Below are positions 1 to 11,931 of a DNA stretch of 64,000 bases, piece by piece; position 1 is the first letter of the stretch; every line of letters starts with the position of its first letter. Below the pieces are notes generated by a model that had not been told where the DNA came from, ran no database searches, and was given only the letters and a program-made list of their open reading frames with translations. The position numbers were made by a program, and so were the translations under genes. Source of the stretch: an uncultured Thermoprotei archaeon (GTDB lineage Archaea > Thermoproteota > Thermoprotei > Thermofilales > B15-G2). Location of the stretch: assembly GCA_965367815.1 (NCBI GenBank), contig CBDUKN010000009.1:21085-85084 (forward strand). The letters are read 5' to 3'.

Positions 1-1451
<1,451 letters not shown>

Positions 1452-1580
1452 TAGAAGGCGGATTGCTAGAATATATGTTTTATATTTAACAGATATAAAA
1501 TACCCGATAAGCTACTTATTTTGTGCCATTGTGAGAAAAACCTTAAATAGAGAAACTCCATGAATGTATTCTGAAGGTAT

Positions 1581-1871
1581 ATGCCAAAGAAGAGAAAAAA
1601 CAGAGGACGGAGTAAAGGAGATAAAGGCAAAGAAGGCATGGTTCAATGTGACAGTTGCGGCGCTCTTGTTCCACGTTCTAAGGCAAAGAAAGTAACGAGA
1701 GTAATTTCTTTTATAGACCCTCAACTTGAAAAAGAACTTAAGGCTAAGGGCGCAATTATACCCAAATATACCGTCACTAAGTATCTATGCATAAACTGCG
1801 CCATTTTCCAAGGAGTAGTTAAAGTAAGGGCTAGAGATGAAAGAAAGAAGAAAGGACCTCTAGGAAGGTAA
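1581..1871 (+). CDS. rps26e: 30S ribosomal protein S26e
   Basis: MPKKRKNRGRSKG, CDSCG..VPRSKA, C..CAI...VVKVR. Confidence 0.97.
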   Translation: MPKKRKNRGRSKGDKGKEGMVQCDSCGALVPRSKAKKVTRVISFIDPQLEKELKAKGAIIPKYTVTKYLCINCAIFQGVVKVRARDERKKKGPLGR

Positions 1872-1898
1872 TTACCGTCTCATTACCTATAGTTCTTT

Positions 1899-2501
1899 GT
1901 GTCGATCTTTAGAATGATTTACCTTTTAGAATCTTCTACTGCGGTCACTGCTCCAATATTCAATATAAACAATCCGGCATCAACAGGTGGGAGAATCGAT
2001 GTAGTATTTAGAAGTCTCATGGCAAGTATGCCTGAAGAACTCAATAAGAGAAAAAACATTGATTTTTATGTTCTCCTCAACGGCCCTCCTTCACCTCCAC
2101 TTCTACTAAAATTTATTGGGAAAAAGTTTTACATGCACTTTATAAGTGAGAGAAAAGTAGGTCTCCTTTTTAAAGAGATTCTTTCTGGGAAGAAAGTTGA
2201 AGGCGTTATTGTAGAAAAGAAAAGTTTCTCTAAGATAATAGACGAATTAAGAAAAGATAAATACACAATATTTCTTTTAGATGAAAAAGGTACAGATATT
2301 CTGAAATTAAAAAATAAAATTATTCAAGCCTTCCCTCGAGCAGTATTCATTTTAGGAGACCATGATGGCTTAAGCTTAGATGCTCTTAGATTCATTGAGA
2401 AAATAGGCGCAGTTAAGGTGAGTATAGGTCCTAAAGTATATCTCACGTCACATTGTATTCTTTTCATGAATTTTATACTCAGCAAGTGGAGGCTTCTATA
2501 A
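1899..2501 (+). CDS. trmY: SPOUT methyltransferase, tRNA m1-pseudouridine54 methyltransferase-like
   Basis: GGRIDVVFR, LNGPP, SER, FILGDHDG, SIGPKVYLTSHCI. Confidence 0.8.
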   Translation: MSIFRMIYLLESSTAVTAPIFNINNPASTGGRIDVVFRSLMASMPEELNKRKNIDFYVLLNGPPSPPLLLKFIGKKFYMHFISERKVGLLFKEILSGKKVEGVIVEKKSFSKIIDELRKDKYTIFLLDEKGTDILKLKNKIIQAFPRAVFILGDHDGLSLDALRFIEKIGAVKVSIGPKVYLTSHCILFMNFILSKWRLL

Positions 2502-2562
2502 GTCTTCGCAATTTCCTATATAAGGCAAAATAAAATAAATATAGGAGGCAATATCATGTAAA

Positions 2563-2751
2563 GTGATGCCAGAACGAATAGTATGCTCTAAATGTAACTT
2601 CGTATTGTATAAGGGCAACGACCCTGTATCTCCTGAAGAAGTAATCAAAAAGTACGGCGGAAGATGCCCTCGCTGCCTTTCGAGGCTTTCGCTTTCTCCA
2701 AGAACCCTTGAAATTACGATTTTCAAGCGTAAACTAAGGTATTTACTATAA
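2563..2751 (+). CDS. Small zinc-ribbon protein
   Basis: CSKC and CPRC pairs; co-oriented upstream of aglB. Confidence 0.7.
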   Translation: MMPERIVCSKCNFVLYKGNDPVSPEEVIKKYGGRCPRCLSRLSLSPRTLEITIFKRKLRYLL

Positions 2752-2764
2752 AAGGTGCTATATC

Positions 2765-4927
2765 ATGAAAATTAAAGCCAGCTTTTTTAAGAAAGTATCT
2801 AAAAAGGCAGCTGGGGGCTTAGTTAGATTTCTCGAAATAGTAGGTTCAGAAAAAGCAGTCATAGTTACAGTACTAGTCTTAACTTATGCAACGGGAGTAA
2901 TGTTCAGAATACTGCCAGCCAGATGGGGTATATACCTCAACGAATTCGATCCTTTCTACGAATACTACTTGGCCAAAAAGATAGCAGAGAAGGGCTGGGG
3001 CGGAATACTTTGGTGGTTCTCCTGGTGGTTTGACCGCGGACAACCAGACAAACTATTCTGGTATCCCTACGGAAGAGATTTGAGAGCTAGCAGTGAAGTG
3101 GGAATATCAATGATCTCCGCGATTATATATTTAATACTTAAGTCTCTGGACCTCGAAGTATCTCTCTACGTTATCCACGCACTAGTTCCAGTGTTCTTTG
3201 CATCACTCATTCCACTAACACTTTATCTACTTGCTTCAGAAATTAACAATAAGCCAGCCGGCCTCTTTGCGGCCTCTCTTTCAGCAGTTAGCACAGCACT
3301 CCTGACAAGAACTCCTCTAGGAGGAAAACACGAGAGCGTAGCTATGCCCTTCATGATTCTATCAATGTATTTCTTCATTAAAGCAATTAAAGACAAAAAG
3401 CCTCTCTGGGGAGCTATCTCAGGAATATTCTTGGGGTTCATGGCATGGAGCTGGGGTGCGTACCTCTATGCCTGGAACATGATTGCACTCTACACACTGA
3501 CAATATGGATTCTAGGAAGATCTAATAGAAGTTATGCATTATCCTATGTAAGTTTCTACGCAACTTCAGCGTTCATGTTAACAATTTTCCCGAGAATAGG
3601 CTATCGTGTAACATTTCTATCGCTTTCAGGAGTTCTTCCCTTGATCGCTTTAGTCATATCAATTACAGAAATCTTCGCTATAGGAGCCGCTGAGAAAAAA
3701 GCTGTCGGAGAACTCTTCAAACAGCGCAAAGTACAGGTACTAGCTCTGCTATGCATTATCGCCATTGTGGCCGCTGCATGGTATGCGGGAATTCTAAAAG
3801 GACTAAGCGGAAGAATTATGGCTATTATATTCCCGTCGCACAGAGGTGCTCTAGTAGAGAGCGTCCAAGAACATAGAATACCTACATGGAGCATGCTTTA
3901 CAGCGACTATGGTTTCTTAACAGTAATCGCTGTCGCTGGAGCCGCTTTAGCTATCAGAAAGTGGCGCGAAGAAGACATGTTTCTAGTACTCTTCTTCATA
4001 ACATCACTCTACGCAGCAGCGTCTATGGCGCGTTTAACGCTGCTACTCGCCCCGGCAATATACATATGCGCGGCACTTGGAATATGGGAGATTCTGGAGG
4101 CTGCCCTGCGTCAACCAAGAATACATAAGAAAGAAAAAGCTAATCTAACGTCACAGGCAACTATCATAGCTGCGGCAGTGCTGATTCTAGCACTAGTAGC
4201 CTCTTCCTTCACTATATTTAACACACTGTACTTAGCTGAACAACCACCCTTAATAGCCACGTCCAGCCTCGGCCATAGTCCACTAGCAGGAGACTACAAT
4301 TTCGATAAAATGGACTGGATCGCGGCCTTAGAGTGGATGAAAACAAATCTCCCTAAGAACTCTGTAATAGCATGTTGGTGGGACTACGGCTACTGGATAG
4401 CAGTTAATACAAACATGTCGACTATATGCGACAATGCTACGCTCAATAGTACACAGATAGAACTCATGGCAAGAGCATTCCTCTCAAATGAAAGTGAAGC
4501 ACTCAAAATATTCCGGAGACTAGGAGCAGACTATGTAGTAGTATTCCAACCTTTCGTTTCAGCAAAAGTAGGATACATTACTCTATGGTACCCAGCAGGA
4601 GGCGGCGACTTCGAAAAATCATACACAGCTATGGTTAAAATAGCCGGTCTCAATGAATCTAAATACTTTGCATGGATTAGAGTCGGCGGAACAACAATTT
4701 TAGCTCCTGCAAATACACCCGAAGCAAGAAATGCAACATTATTCCGCCTAGTATTCATAAGAACTCCTCAGAGAGTAGCATATGTCTTCAACTCAATAGT
4801 AAAAATGATGGGAATACCTGTAGAAGGAAACACTGTAGATATTCCGCCGCCAGAACACTTTAAGCTAGTGTACATGAGTCCAAGAGGCTGGGTTCTAGTG
4901 TACAAAGTAGAATACCCAAAGTCTTAA
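2765..4927 (+). CDS. aglB: Oligosaccharyltransferase (STT3 family)
   Basis: EFDPFY, many TM helices, SVQEH, WWDYG, DNAT motifs. Confidence 0.95.
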   Translation: MKIKASFFKKVSKKAAGGLVRFLEIVGSEKAVIVTVLVLTYATGVMFRILPARWGIYLNEFDPFYEYYLAKKIAEKGWGGILWWFSWWFDRGQPDKLFWYPYGRDLRASSEVGISMISAIIYLILKSLDLEVSLYVIHALVPVFFASLIPLTLYLLASEINNKPAGLFAASLSAVSTALLTRTPLGGKHESVAMPFMILSMYFFIKAIKDKKPLWGAISGIFLGFMAWSWGAYLYAWNMIALYTLTIWILGRSNRSYALSYVSFYATSAFMLTIFPRIGYRVTFLSLSGVLPLIALVISITEIFAIGAAEKKAVGELFKQRKVQVLALLCIIAIVAAAWYAGILKGLSGRIMAIIFPSHRGALVESVQEHRIPTWSMLYSDYGFLTVIAVAGAALAIRKWREEDMFLVLFFITSLYAAASMARLTLLLAPAIYICAALGIWEILEAALRQPRIHKKEKANLTSQATIIAAAVLILALVASSFTIFNTLYLAEQPPLIATSSLGHSPLAGDYNFDKMDWIAALEWMKTNLPKNSVIACWWDYGYWIAVNTNMSTICDNATLNSTQIELMARAFLSNESEALKIFRRLGADYVVVFQPFVSAKVGYITLWYPAGGGDFEKSYTAMVKIAGLNESKYFAWIRVGGTTILAPANTPEARNATLFRLVFIRTPQRVAYVFNSIVKMMGIPVEGNTVDIPPPEHFKLVYMSPRGWVLVYKVEYPKS

Positions 4928-5109
4928 GAATAGTATTTCTCTCCAAAAGCAAGTTTTTTCATAAGTCTCCTATATTTACCATATCTGTCTTCAGGCGAAA
5001 ACTTAGGTGGATGAGGTACTTTAGTTTTCTCTCCACACAGTGGACAATACTCTTCTAGTGTATATATTTTACAGCGAGGACACTTTTTAAGTAAACTTTT
5101 AGGGCTCAT
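4924..5109 (-). CDS. nop10: H/ACA RNP protein Nop10
   Basis: CPRC..YTL..CPLCG, PHPPKFSPEDRYGKYRR. Confidence 0.96.
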   Translation of the reverse strand: MSPKSLLKKCPRCKIYTLEEYCPLCGEKTKVPHPPKFSPEDRYGKYRRLMKKLAFGEKYYS

Positions 5110-5912
5110 TTCTTCAACTCAATTCTACTGAATGATGCCTTACAACCTAGTTTCTGAGCGTAGGAGAGCACCTCGTCGACTATTTCCTTTAAACACTTCT
5201 CAGCTATCTTGTAGTTAGGCGCTGTTAGGTCCATACGGTATCTAGGAGCCCCCATAGTATACAGCCTTGTCTTAGTCTTTGGATACTTCTCTGCAACTTT
5301 AAGCGGTATCTCTAAGATTTTCTTTATGTCTTCTACGCCCTTAGGACTATACGACTGAATAACAAAGATTCCACTTATTTTAGCTTCAGGAATTTTTATT
5401 CTCTCTTTGGCGAGTGCCAGTGCTACTTTTGCCCAGTCTTCTGAAACTCCTGCCTCTAGAGCGGCTTGAATTCCTCTTTTAGCTATTTCCTCAAATCCCG
5501 CATATATCTCTCCGTAGTAGTCTTCTAGCTTCCAGCCTAATTCTCTATAAGCATCGTCAATGGTTTTTCCCATTTTTTCAGCTATTATTTCTAGTAACTT
5601 ATGCGCTGATACAGCCCGCTTCCACTCCCTCATTTTTCTAGCTCTTTCCTGATCAGTAACTCTCTTCAGTGATACATCAACATGTCCTCTTCTTCTATTA
5701 ACTCTAATAACTTTGAATACTTTTTTCTGTCCTTCACGCATTACATCTCTTATACTCTTAAACCACGAGTGGGATGCTTCGCCTACTGGACAGTAAGCTT
5801 CTATTCCACCATACTCATCCAGAGTCACGAATGCTCCATGCTCAAATATTCTTTTTACAGTACCTACTACTAACTCGTTTACTCGAGGCAGTTTCTCGCG
5901 TTTCTTTATCAT
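5106..5912 (-). CDS. eif2a: Translation initiation factor 2 alpha subunit
   Basis: N-terminal S1 domain (GAFVTLDEY, HVDVSLKRV), GAPRYR; conserved gene context. Confidence 0.96.
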   Translation of the reverse strand: MIKKREKLPRVNELVVGTVKRIFEHGAFVTLDEYGGIEAYCPVGEASHSWFKSIRDVMREGQKKVFKVIRVNRRRGHVDVSLKRVTDQERARKMREWKRAVSAHKLLEIIAEKMGKTIDDAYRELGWKLEDYYGEIYAGFEEIAKRGIQAALEAGVSEDWAKVALALAKERIKIPEAKISGIFVIQSYSPKGVEDIKKILEIPLKVAEKYPKTKTRLYTMGAPRYRMDLTAPNYKIAEKCLKEIVDEVLSYAQKLGCKASFSRIELKK

Positions 5913-5936
5913 ATTGACAGCACCTAATTAATGACG

Positions 5937-6134
5937 TTATTCAAGTATTTTAATTATTTTGGCTTCAATCTTACACTTTCCGCCAGTGGGTCTAGCTAAA
6001 ACACGGTTACACACAAGACATCTTACAACAATTGACGCATGGTCGAAAATAATCTGTTCTGTACCGCAGTCAGGGCACCTGACTTTAACAAACCTACTTT
6101 TCGGCTCAGGTATCAATATTTTACGTTTTTTCAT
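5937..6134 (-). CDS. rps27e: 30S ribosomal protein S27e
   Basis: [13 protein letters not shown]...[10 protein letters not shown]. Confidence 0.97.
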   Translation of the reverse strand: MKKRKILIPEPKSRFVKVRCPDCGTEQIIFDHASIVVRCLVCNRVLARPTGGKCKIEAKIIKILE

Positions 6135-6143
6135 AATCTCACC

Positions 6144-6428
6144 TTAGACTATTTCTATTCTCTTGAGCCTAATACCTTTCTTATGATAAGTGTACCCGCA
6201 GACTCTACATGTCAGTTTGAGAGTCTGCTTCTTTGTAACTTTGGCGAATCTCTTTTGTTCAGGTTTTCTCTTCGAACCATAACCTTTCTTCTTTGCAGCA
6301 TATCTTCTCTCTCCCTGAGCTAAACTTCGTCTCTTACCATGCTTATAGAGACTTACAGTATGCTCTGTGTGTTTCCTGCATCTCGGACAATATGTTCTGA
6401 TAACTCTTGGTACCTTCATTGTCTCCAC
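6144..6428 (-). CDS. rpl44e: 50S ribosomal protein L44e
   Basis: [31 protein letters not shown]. Confidence 0.97.
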   Translation of the reverse strand: METMKVPRVIRTYCPRCRKHTEHTVSLYKHGKRRSLAQGERRYAAKKKGYGSKRKPEQKRFAKVTKKQTLKLTCRVCGYTYHKKGIRLKRIEIV

Positions 6429-6508
6429 ATAGCTATTTTACACAACTTATTAAATATTACTCTACTACACGCATTTCAGCTTAATTAGAGACCCCTTCGA
6501 CCTTAAGC

Positions 6509-7033
6509 TCATTTAAGAACTTCGACTAACGTTATTTTATCAGATGGAATTACTCTGAGAGCTTTCAAAGGAAGAACAACTACATCACCTTTAGAAAAAG
6601 GTCCTAGAATTAAGTTCTCTAAATAAACTTTATGTAAAGGTTCTTTAAAGACCACTAAAGCCAGTTTTGTCTCCTCTTCTTTTTCTACCGTTTCAACAAC
6701 TTTTTCTCTACTAATATATTTTGAATAAATTTTCTTTAGATGCTTCAATACTTCAACTTCTTCTACAGATAACTTATCTTCATCTATCTCTACTCCCAAG
6801 AAAAATTTTCCTAATATTTTGACAAGCCTTATGTACTGCAAAAGATTTAGTAATTTAATTAAGTTACCGCTTTCCTTAATGTTTCCTATCTTATTTGTTA
6901 TTTTCGAATAAAAGTCTTTATTAATTGAAGCTATATCATCACTTTTTATTTCATTTGCTATTATCTCCTCTATTTGCTGGATAAGAGATATATCATTTGA
7001 TAAAGAATCTTTTTTCTCTGATATATTTTTCAA
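6509..7033 (-). CDS. Probable GINS subunit (Gins15-like)
   Basis: Position between priS and rpl44e as in the conserved archaeal cluster; helical N-domain and C-terminal GPFSKGDVVVLP B-domain motif. Confidence 0.7.
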   Translation of the reverse strand: MKNISEKKDSLSNDISLIQQIEEIIANEIKSDDIASINKDFYSKITNKIGNIKESGNLIKLLNLLQYIRLVKILGKFFLGVEIDEDKLSVEEVEVLKHLKKIYSKYISREKVVETVEKEEETKLALVVFKEPLHKVYLENLILGPFSKGDVVVLPLKALRVIPSDKITLVEVLK

Positions 7034-8151
7034 TACTCATCCCCTACCACTTCGGCAGCTCCTCTTAGAATAAGATACAGCCCCACATTTATAGGTAATT
7101 TAACTACTCCGTTTCTTTTATCCAAAGTGTAATTCAATATTTTTTCAGGAGCATCCTTCAATTTAACCTTAATGTATTCGTTAGAAGATAAAGGAGAAGC
7201 CTTTTCTAGGGGATCAAATAGATCTAAGTCATCTATTATGGAGACAATCATTCCTGTTTTTCCGTGAAGCGAGAGAGGAAGCCTAATTAAACGCTTTATG
7301 TCGACTGTAACTCTTTCATCTATCTGGCACCCATAACGCTCTATACACTCATTTACTAATATATCGACTAATTTTTTCTTCCGAGCTAGTTTTTTGTACA
7401 CTGATTCAGGCGTTCTCACACTGAGCTTTTCGTATGCTGTAAACATGAGTCTATTAATCCATCCATAATTTTCCCAGAGCTTAGCTTTTACAAGCGAAGG
7501 AAAACTTAAGCCTAAACCTCTAACATAGTTTACTACTTCTCTTCTAGCATCTTGGTCTAGCGAATATACTTTTTCAGATAAAACATGTATGTGGAAACCT
7601 CTGTGCCCGGAGAAACATACTAGTAGCTCGCTTCGCGAAAAACCGAAGTCTATTAAGAGAAAATCGAGAAGCTTATTTGTCTCCTCTTTAGCTACTTCTA
7701 GGCATTCATCACAGACCCAGGACACTGTTCTTAAAGCTTCACTTCCACAGACAGGACATGCGGGAGGAGGAGCACCATTACCGCTGTTTCCACAATTAGC
7801 GCAGAACCACTTGTCATGTTTTTTCTTACATTCTGTAGGAATGTGGTCCACGTCTATGTCGAAAACTAGTTCAGCACCTTTCCACCCTTTCTCCTCCATT
7901 GTTGGAGCATCTGGTCTTTCATAGAAAGCTGTCGAGTAATATACATGAGCTGGAACATGCTTCCTGAGATATAGTGAAAGCTCATTTACGGACTTAAAGG
8001 CAGTGTGTCTGACCATGCCTTCTTTATTGAAAAACATGAAGCCGAATTCTCTTTGCTCTATTTTTTCTACACTGAAGGGCGATAAGTTCTTGTAGTATCT
8101 CCTAAATATTTTCATCACAAAATTTAACGATTTATTTTTCTCTTTTTCCAT
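7030..8151 (-). CDS. priS: DNA primase small (catalytic) subunit
   Basis: REFGF, ELVFDIDVDH, FSGHRGFHI, IDERVTVDIKRLIRLPLSLHGKTG; Cys-rich Zn insertion. Confidence 0.96.
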   Translation of the reverse strand: MEKEKNKSLNFVMKIFRRYYKNLSPFSVEKIEQREFGFMFFNKEGMVRHTAFKSVNELSLYLRKHVPAHVYYSTAFYERPDAPTMEEKGWKGAELVFDIDVDHIPTECKKKHDKWFCANCGNSGNGAPPPACPVCGSEALRTVSWVCDECLEVAKEETNKLLDFLLIDFGFSRSELLVCFSGHRGFHIHVLSEKVYSLDQDARREVVNYVRGLGLSFPSLVKAKLWENYGWINRLMFTAYEKLSVRTPESVYKKLARKKKLVDILVNECIERYGCQIDERVTVDIKRLIRLPLSLHGKTGMIVSIIDDLDLFDPLEKASPLSSNEYIKVKLKDAPEKILNYTLDKRNGVVKLPINVGLYLILRGAAEVVGDEY

Positions 8152-9178
8152 ACTTCATCAACCTCAATGCCAGCCTATAGTATTGTAGTGGGTGCTTCAC
8201 TCTCTTACACAATTTATTAGGATAACAGAAACCTAAAGCTTTCATATTCTCACACTTAAACGTAGTATACCGAATACCAGATCCCCTCAATCCAGCTATA
8301 TGTTCAACTTGATAACGTGTCTTGCGCTCATCAAAATCAGGAGCACTGCTGAACAACTCTACTACTTCATCAACAGTTTTCCCTATATTTAGCAAGAAAG
8401 CTGTTATAGCAAATCTGGCTGCATGCGGTACATTCACTCCTCTTTTAATATCATTCATAATTTTAACCATACATGGTGGAATAACTGTAATATTCTCGTC
8501 AGATATTTTAACTGCAGCATGTTCGTCTATTTCTACAGGCTTTAAATATTTTTCGCATAAATTAATTAAATATTGGACCTCCTCGGGAAAAATTTCTCTA
8601 ATAAGTTCTTTATTCGATAAGGGTTGGTCAACCATATTTAATATTTTAATTCTTACTGCCTCCTGTAAAATTCTGTTTAATTGGTTTCTAGTAATTAAAA
8701 CATAACCATTCTTTATTACCTGATTTATAAGACTCCAAGGTCCACTCAATTTTGCCGCGTACTTCAAGTAGTCTACGAAGTGTAGCGAATAAAATTTTGC
8801 TCCATAGACTTCCTCTTCTCTTATACCGATGTTGAACTCTTCTTTAGCAAAACTAAGTATAAAATCTTCTGGTTCTTTACTAAGTAAAGCGTAGTACTTT
8901 TTAGCTTCGTGTACAGCAAACTTACTATTGAGTAATGTATTTGAAACAGTTCTTAGGAATAAAACCGATAAATAAAAAACTAGTAGATTTCTTAGAGGAT
9001 CATGTATTTCTATAAGATAGTTTCTATGGTTTTTTCTCATAAAAACTGATTCTATCTCTCTAATAGTTTCCTCTACTAGACTTTTGTCTCTTCTAATTAC
9101 ATCTAAATCTACCTTAATGTTCTTCAAGTAGTCTATAGCCTTTTTTGTAAAAGGATACTTTAGCCATAATTCTTCCAT
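8132..9178 (-). CDS. priL: DNA primase large subunit
   Basis: KYPF, PPCM, H.ARF, PDFDERKTRYQVEHI, C-terminal Fe-S cysteines, HPLQYY. Confidence 0.95.
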   Translation of the reverse strand: MEELWLKYPFTKKAIDYLKNIKVDLDVIRRDKSLVEETIREIESVFMRKNHRNYLIEIHDPLRNLLVFYLSVLFLRTVSNTLLNSKFAVHEAKKYYALLSKEPEDFILSFAKEEFNIGIREEEVYGAKFYSLHFVDYLKYAAKLSGPWSLINQVIKNGYVLITRNQLNRILQEAVRIKILNMVDQPLSNKELIREIFPEEVQYLINLCEKYLKPVEIDEHAAVKISDENITVIPPCMVKIMNDIKRGVNVPHAARFAITAFLLNIGKTVDEVVELFSSAPDFDERKTRYQVEHIAGLRGSGIRYTTFKCENMKALGFCYPNKLCKRVKHPLQYYRLALRLMKYGKREK

Positions 9179-9263
9179 TTCCGTAGACTAGTAGACTTAG
9201 TCTCTATAATTTTAAATTAATGAGAGATAAGAGAAAATATTATTTACGTAATACGTAGGTTAT

Positions 9264-9596
9264 CTAGTCGTATTCTCGCCAAGTGTAGCCGCACTTAGTG
9301 CATCTAAAGAACCTTGTAGGCGCTTCGTCAGCTCTTCTAGTTTGCACCATCCACCAGTAAGCCTCATTGTGTCCGCACTTCGGGCATTCAGCCTTAGTTT
9401 TCGGTAAAATTTTTAGCTCAACAGGAGTTTCGACAATTATTGTCTTGTCTTTAACAGTATGTTCTATTCTTTTCTCTTCTCTAAGCGAAACTCCTTTAGG
9501 TAGTTCCTTATAGCCGCATTTTCTACACACTAAAAACGTTTGATTTCCTTCTCTCTTAGGAATCATTAATGAACCACACTTAGGACAGAAATTCAT
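9264..9596 (-). CDS. tfs: Transcription factor S (TFS)
   Basis: Two Zn ribbons; QTRRADEAPTRFFRC. Confidence 0.96.
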   Translation of the reverse strand: MNFCPKCGSLMIPKREGNQTFLVCRKCGYKELPKGVSLREEKRIEHTVKDKTIIVETPVELKILPKTKAECPKCGHNEAYWWMVQTRRADEAPTRFFRCTKCGYTWREYD

Positions 9597-9612
9597 TATC
9601 TCACCCCCTTAG

Positions 9613-10125
9613 CTACTTAATCATTCTAACCGAAGACCTAGCTCCACATGCCTGACACTGTAAATAAAGCATTCTCTTCTCTCTTATTAAAATAGTATCT
9701 GGCTCACCGCACACTGGGCATAGAACATAATTTTTAACATACCTTTCTATTATCGCGTCTATAGTTCTTTTTCTGTGTTCACCGTGTATTATAGCCATAC
9801 GTCCTTCAAGATATCCTGGCGCACCCAGTTCTCTTAACAGATATTTCAATAAGTGCTTAGGATCTCTATTTAGGATATTACATATTTCCATGAAATTCTG
9901 TATGACTATTTTTCTGCCTATAACGAGAACTTCAGCCTTCGGTATTTCAAATCTCTCGCGATAAGTTCTTTTTTCAGGTAGCTGCTTAAATGCCCGATCT
10001 AGCAGTGCATTATAATTATATATAATGCTACCTTTGCTCATCATGACCGCTTGTGTAGTTAAGCTACTCTGCTTCATAAACTTTCCGCTATTGATAAAAT
10101 ACTCAGCCGACTGTTTAGTCTTCAC
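9613..10125 (-). CDS. eif2b: Translation initiation factor 2 beta subunit (true start probably downstream)
   Basis: ERFEIP, NRDPKHLLKYLLRELG, YVLCPVCGEPDT...CQACGA. Confidence 0.93.
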   Translation of the reverse strand: MKTKQSAEYFINSGKFMKQSSLTTQAVMMSKGSIIYNYNALLDRAFKQLPEKRTYRERFEIPKAEVLVIGRKIVIQNFMEICNILNRDPKHLLKYLLRELGAPGYLEGRMAIIHGEHRKRTIDAIIERYVKNYVLCPVCGEPDTILIREKRMLYLQCQACGARSSVRMIK

Positions 10126-10156
10126 TAATCGGATACGGGGGCTTTCATCATTGTGT

Positions 10157-11206
10157 TTATTCTGTGCGACTACTTTGACTCCACTTAATAATATTTACGA
10201 GACATTCTCTCAGCTCTTTTACTCCTATACCTTTCAATGCCGATATTAAAAAACATTTAGTGTAGCCTTTTTCTTTCAAATATTTAAGAGAATTAATTAC
10301 CGATTTAATATCAGCTGCATCTATTTTATTCAAAACTATAACTATTTCTTTTCCTTCAAAGTATTTAGATATATCCTCTAAGACTTTAAACTGATAGCTA
10401 AGAGGGAAGCCGCATGATTCACTTGGATCGACCATGTATACTATTACTCCCTTCAAGTGTTTAAGTGCTAATATAGCTTGGCGCTCCATTTTATTTCTTT
10501 CTGAAAGAGGTCTATCAAGAAGGCCGGGAGTATCTATTACTTGTATCAGTAAATCCTCTGGGTTTAGCCTAATGTGTCCTATGGACAGTTTCTTAGTAGT
10601 GAAAGGGTAGCTAGCTACCTCCGATTTAGCAGTTGAAATAGAGTTGACTAGAGTAGACTTTCCAACGTTAGGTGCTCCAGCTATGACTATTGTAGGCAAA
10701 GATGGGTCAATTGAAGGAAACTTTTTGAGTATCCTTTGATATTCTCTAATTCTAGCAAGCTCTTCATCCATGCTTTTAACAACAGAGTATACTCTCCCTG
10801 TGTACTCTCTTCTGAGTTTTCGAGCCTCCTTTACGTCTGCTATGTATCTTGCTCTATCGAGATACTCTCTTCTTAATTTATATAAAATCTTTATGCACGC
10901 CATAACTTTACCCATGCGTTTTCTAAAGTCATCCATGTCTACTACTGTGTAAGCTAACTCTCTGTAGAAATCGTCAAGTTCATCTATTCTCGGTATCGAG
11001 TATAGCCCCTCCTTAATTCTCCTCACTATATTTTCATGAAGTACTTTAATGTAGTTTTGAGTAAGAGTTTTACTTCTTTTAACTGATGCCCAGCGGATAG
11101 GACTTTTAACTTCTAGACGCTTCGCTCTGTTAAGAGCTATTCTAAAGACCTCCTCCCCATTTTTAGGGACTAATTTTATTTTCGAGAAAGGATTAGTAAA
11201 CACCAT
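10157..11206 (-). CDS. NOG1-family GTP-binding protein
   Basis: GAPNVGKS, YPFTTK, DTPGLLDRP, NKID, SA motifs. Confidence 0.92.
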   Translation of the reverse strand: MVFTNPFSKIKLVPKNGEEVFRIALNRAKRLEVKSPIRWASVKRSKTLTQNYIKVLHENIVRRIKEGLYSIPRIDELDDFYRELAYTVVDMDDFRKRMGKVMACIKILYKLRREYLDRARYIADVKEARKLRREYTGRVYSVVKSMDEELARIREYQRILKKFPSIDPSLPTIVIAGAPNVGKSTLVNSISTAKSEVASYPFTTKKLSIGHIRLNPEDLLIQVIDTPGLLDRPLSERNKMERQAILALKHLKGVIVYMVDPSESCGFPLSYQFKVLEDISKYFEGKEIVIVLNKIDAADIKSVINSLKYLKEKGYTKCFLISALKGIGVKELRECLVNIIKWSQSSRTE

Positions 11207-11222
11207 TACTATACTGTATATT

Positions 11223-11861
11223 TCACGTTAGAGGAACAAATATTTCTTCGGCTCCTTTGCCTGAAATTACTAAGAGATCTATGCCGTCTCCGCTAACAGC
11301 ATCTCTTGAAATAGCTGTCTTAATAGCCTTGATAGCAATACTTTTAGCTTTTTCCGCAGTAATATTTTCGCTATACTCTGTTTCTAAGATACCAATAGCT
11401 ATTTTGGCTCCAGTTCCTAATGCAGCGTACTTATCTTCTATCAGCGATCCTAAAGGATCTAAGACAAAAATATGTGGACCTGTGTCGTCTATTCCTCCAA
11501 CAACTGTTTCAGCAAAGTAAGGCATTAGTCTTCTATTGAATAATATTACGGATAGAAGCTTAGCTACTCCTCTGATGCTAAGTATTTTCTTTGTTTCTAG
11601 CTCATATAGATTCACTTCCGCTGCGAGAGTTTTAGCAATCATCTGCATGTCAGCAATAAGTCCTGCACAAGCTATTCCGACTCGATCGTTTATTTTATAG
11701 ACTTTCTTTCCAGCTTTACTCATAAGACTAAAACCATAAGTAACTCTTTTTTCGGCTGCAAGAACGATACCTTTATCGAAAACTAGTCCTACAACTGTTG
11801 CGCCGGGAGCATAATGATATTCATCATAAGACATCTCTCTCACACATTGAAGAAAATACAC
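11223..11861 (-). CDS. psmB: Proteasome beta subunit (non-catalytic type, GAT instead of GTT)
   Basis: GATVVGL, AAEKR, GLIADMQ, LGTGA, RDAVSGDGID. Confidence 0.93.
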   Translation of the reverse strand: MYFLQCVREMSYDEYHYAPGATVVGLVFDKGIVLAAEKRVTYGFSLMSKAGKKVYKINDRVGIACAGLIADMQMIAKTLAAEVNLYELETKKILSIRGVAKLLSVILFNRRLMPYFAETVVGGIDDTGPHIFVLDPLGSLIEDKYAALGTGAKIAIGILETEYSENITAEKAKSIAIKAIKTAISRDAVSGDGIDLLVISGKGAEEIFVPLT

Positions 11862-11931
11862 TTGTTTAAAAAGTTACTGTAAGTATATAATAAGCTAGAT
11901 TTAATAGAGTCTTCTGTAAGAATAACATGTA

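Noticed and set aside
11223-11861. Proteasome beta subunit lacking the catalytic Thr context as a novelty
   Set aside because: Non-catalytic beta paralogs are already known in crenarchaea
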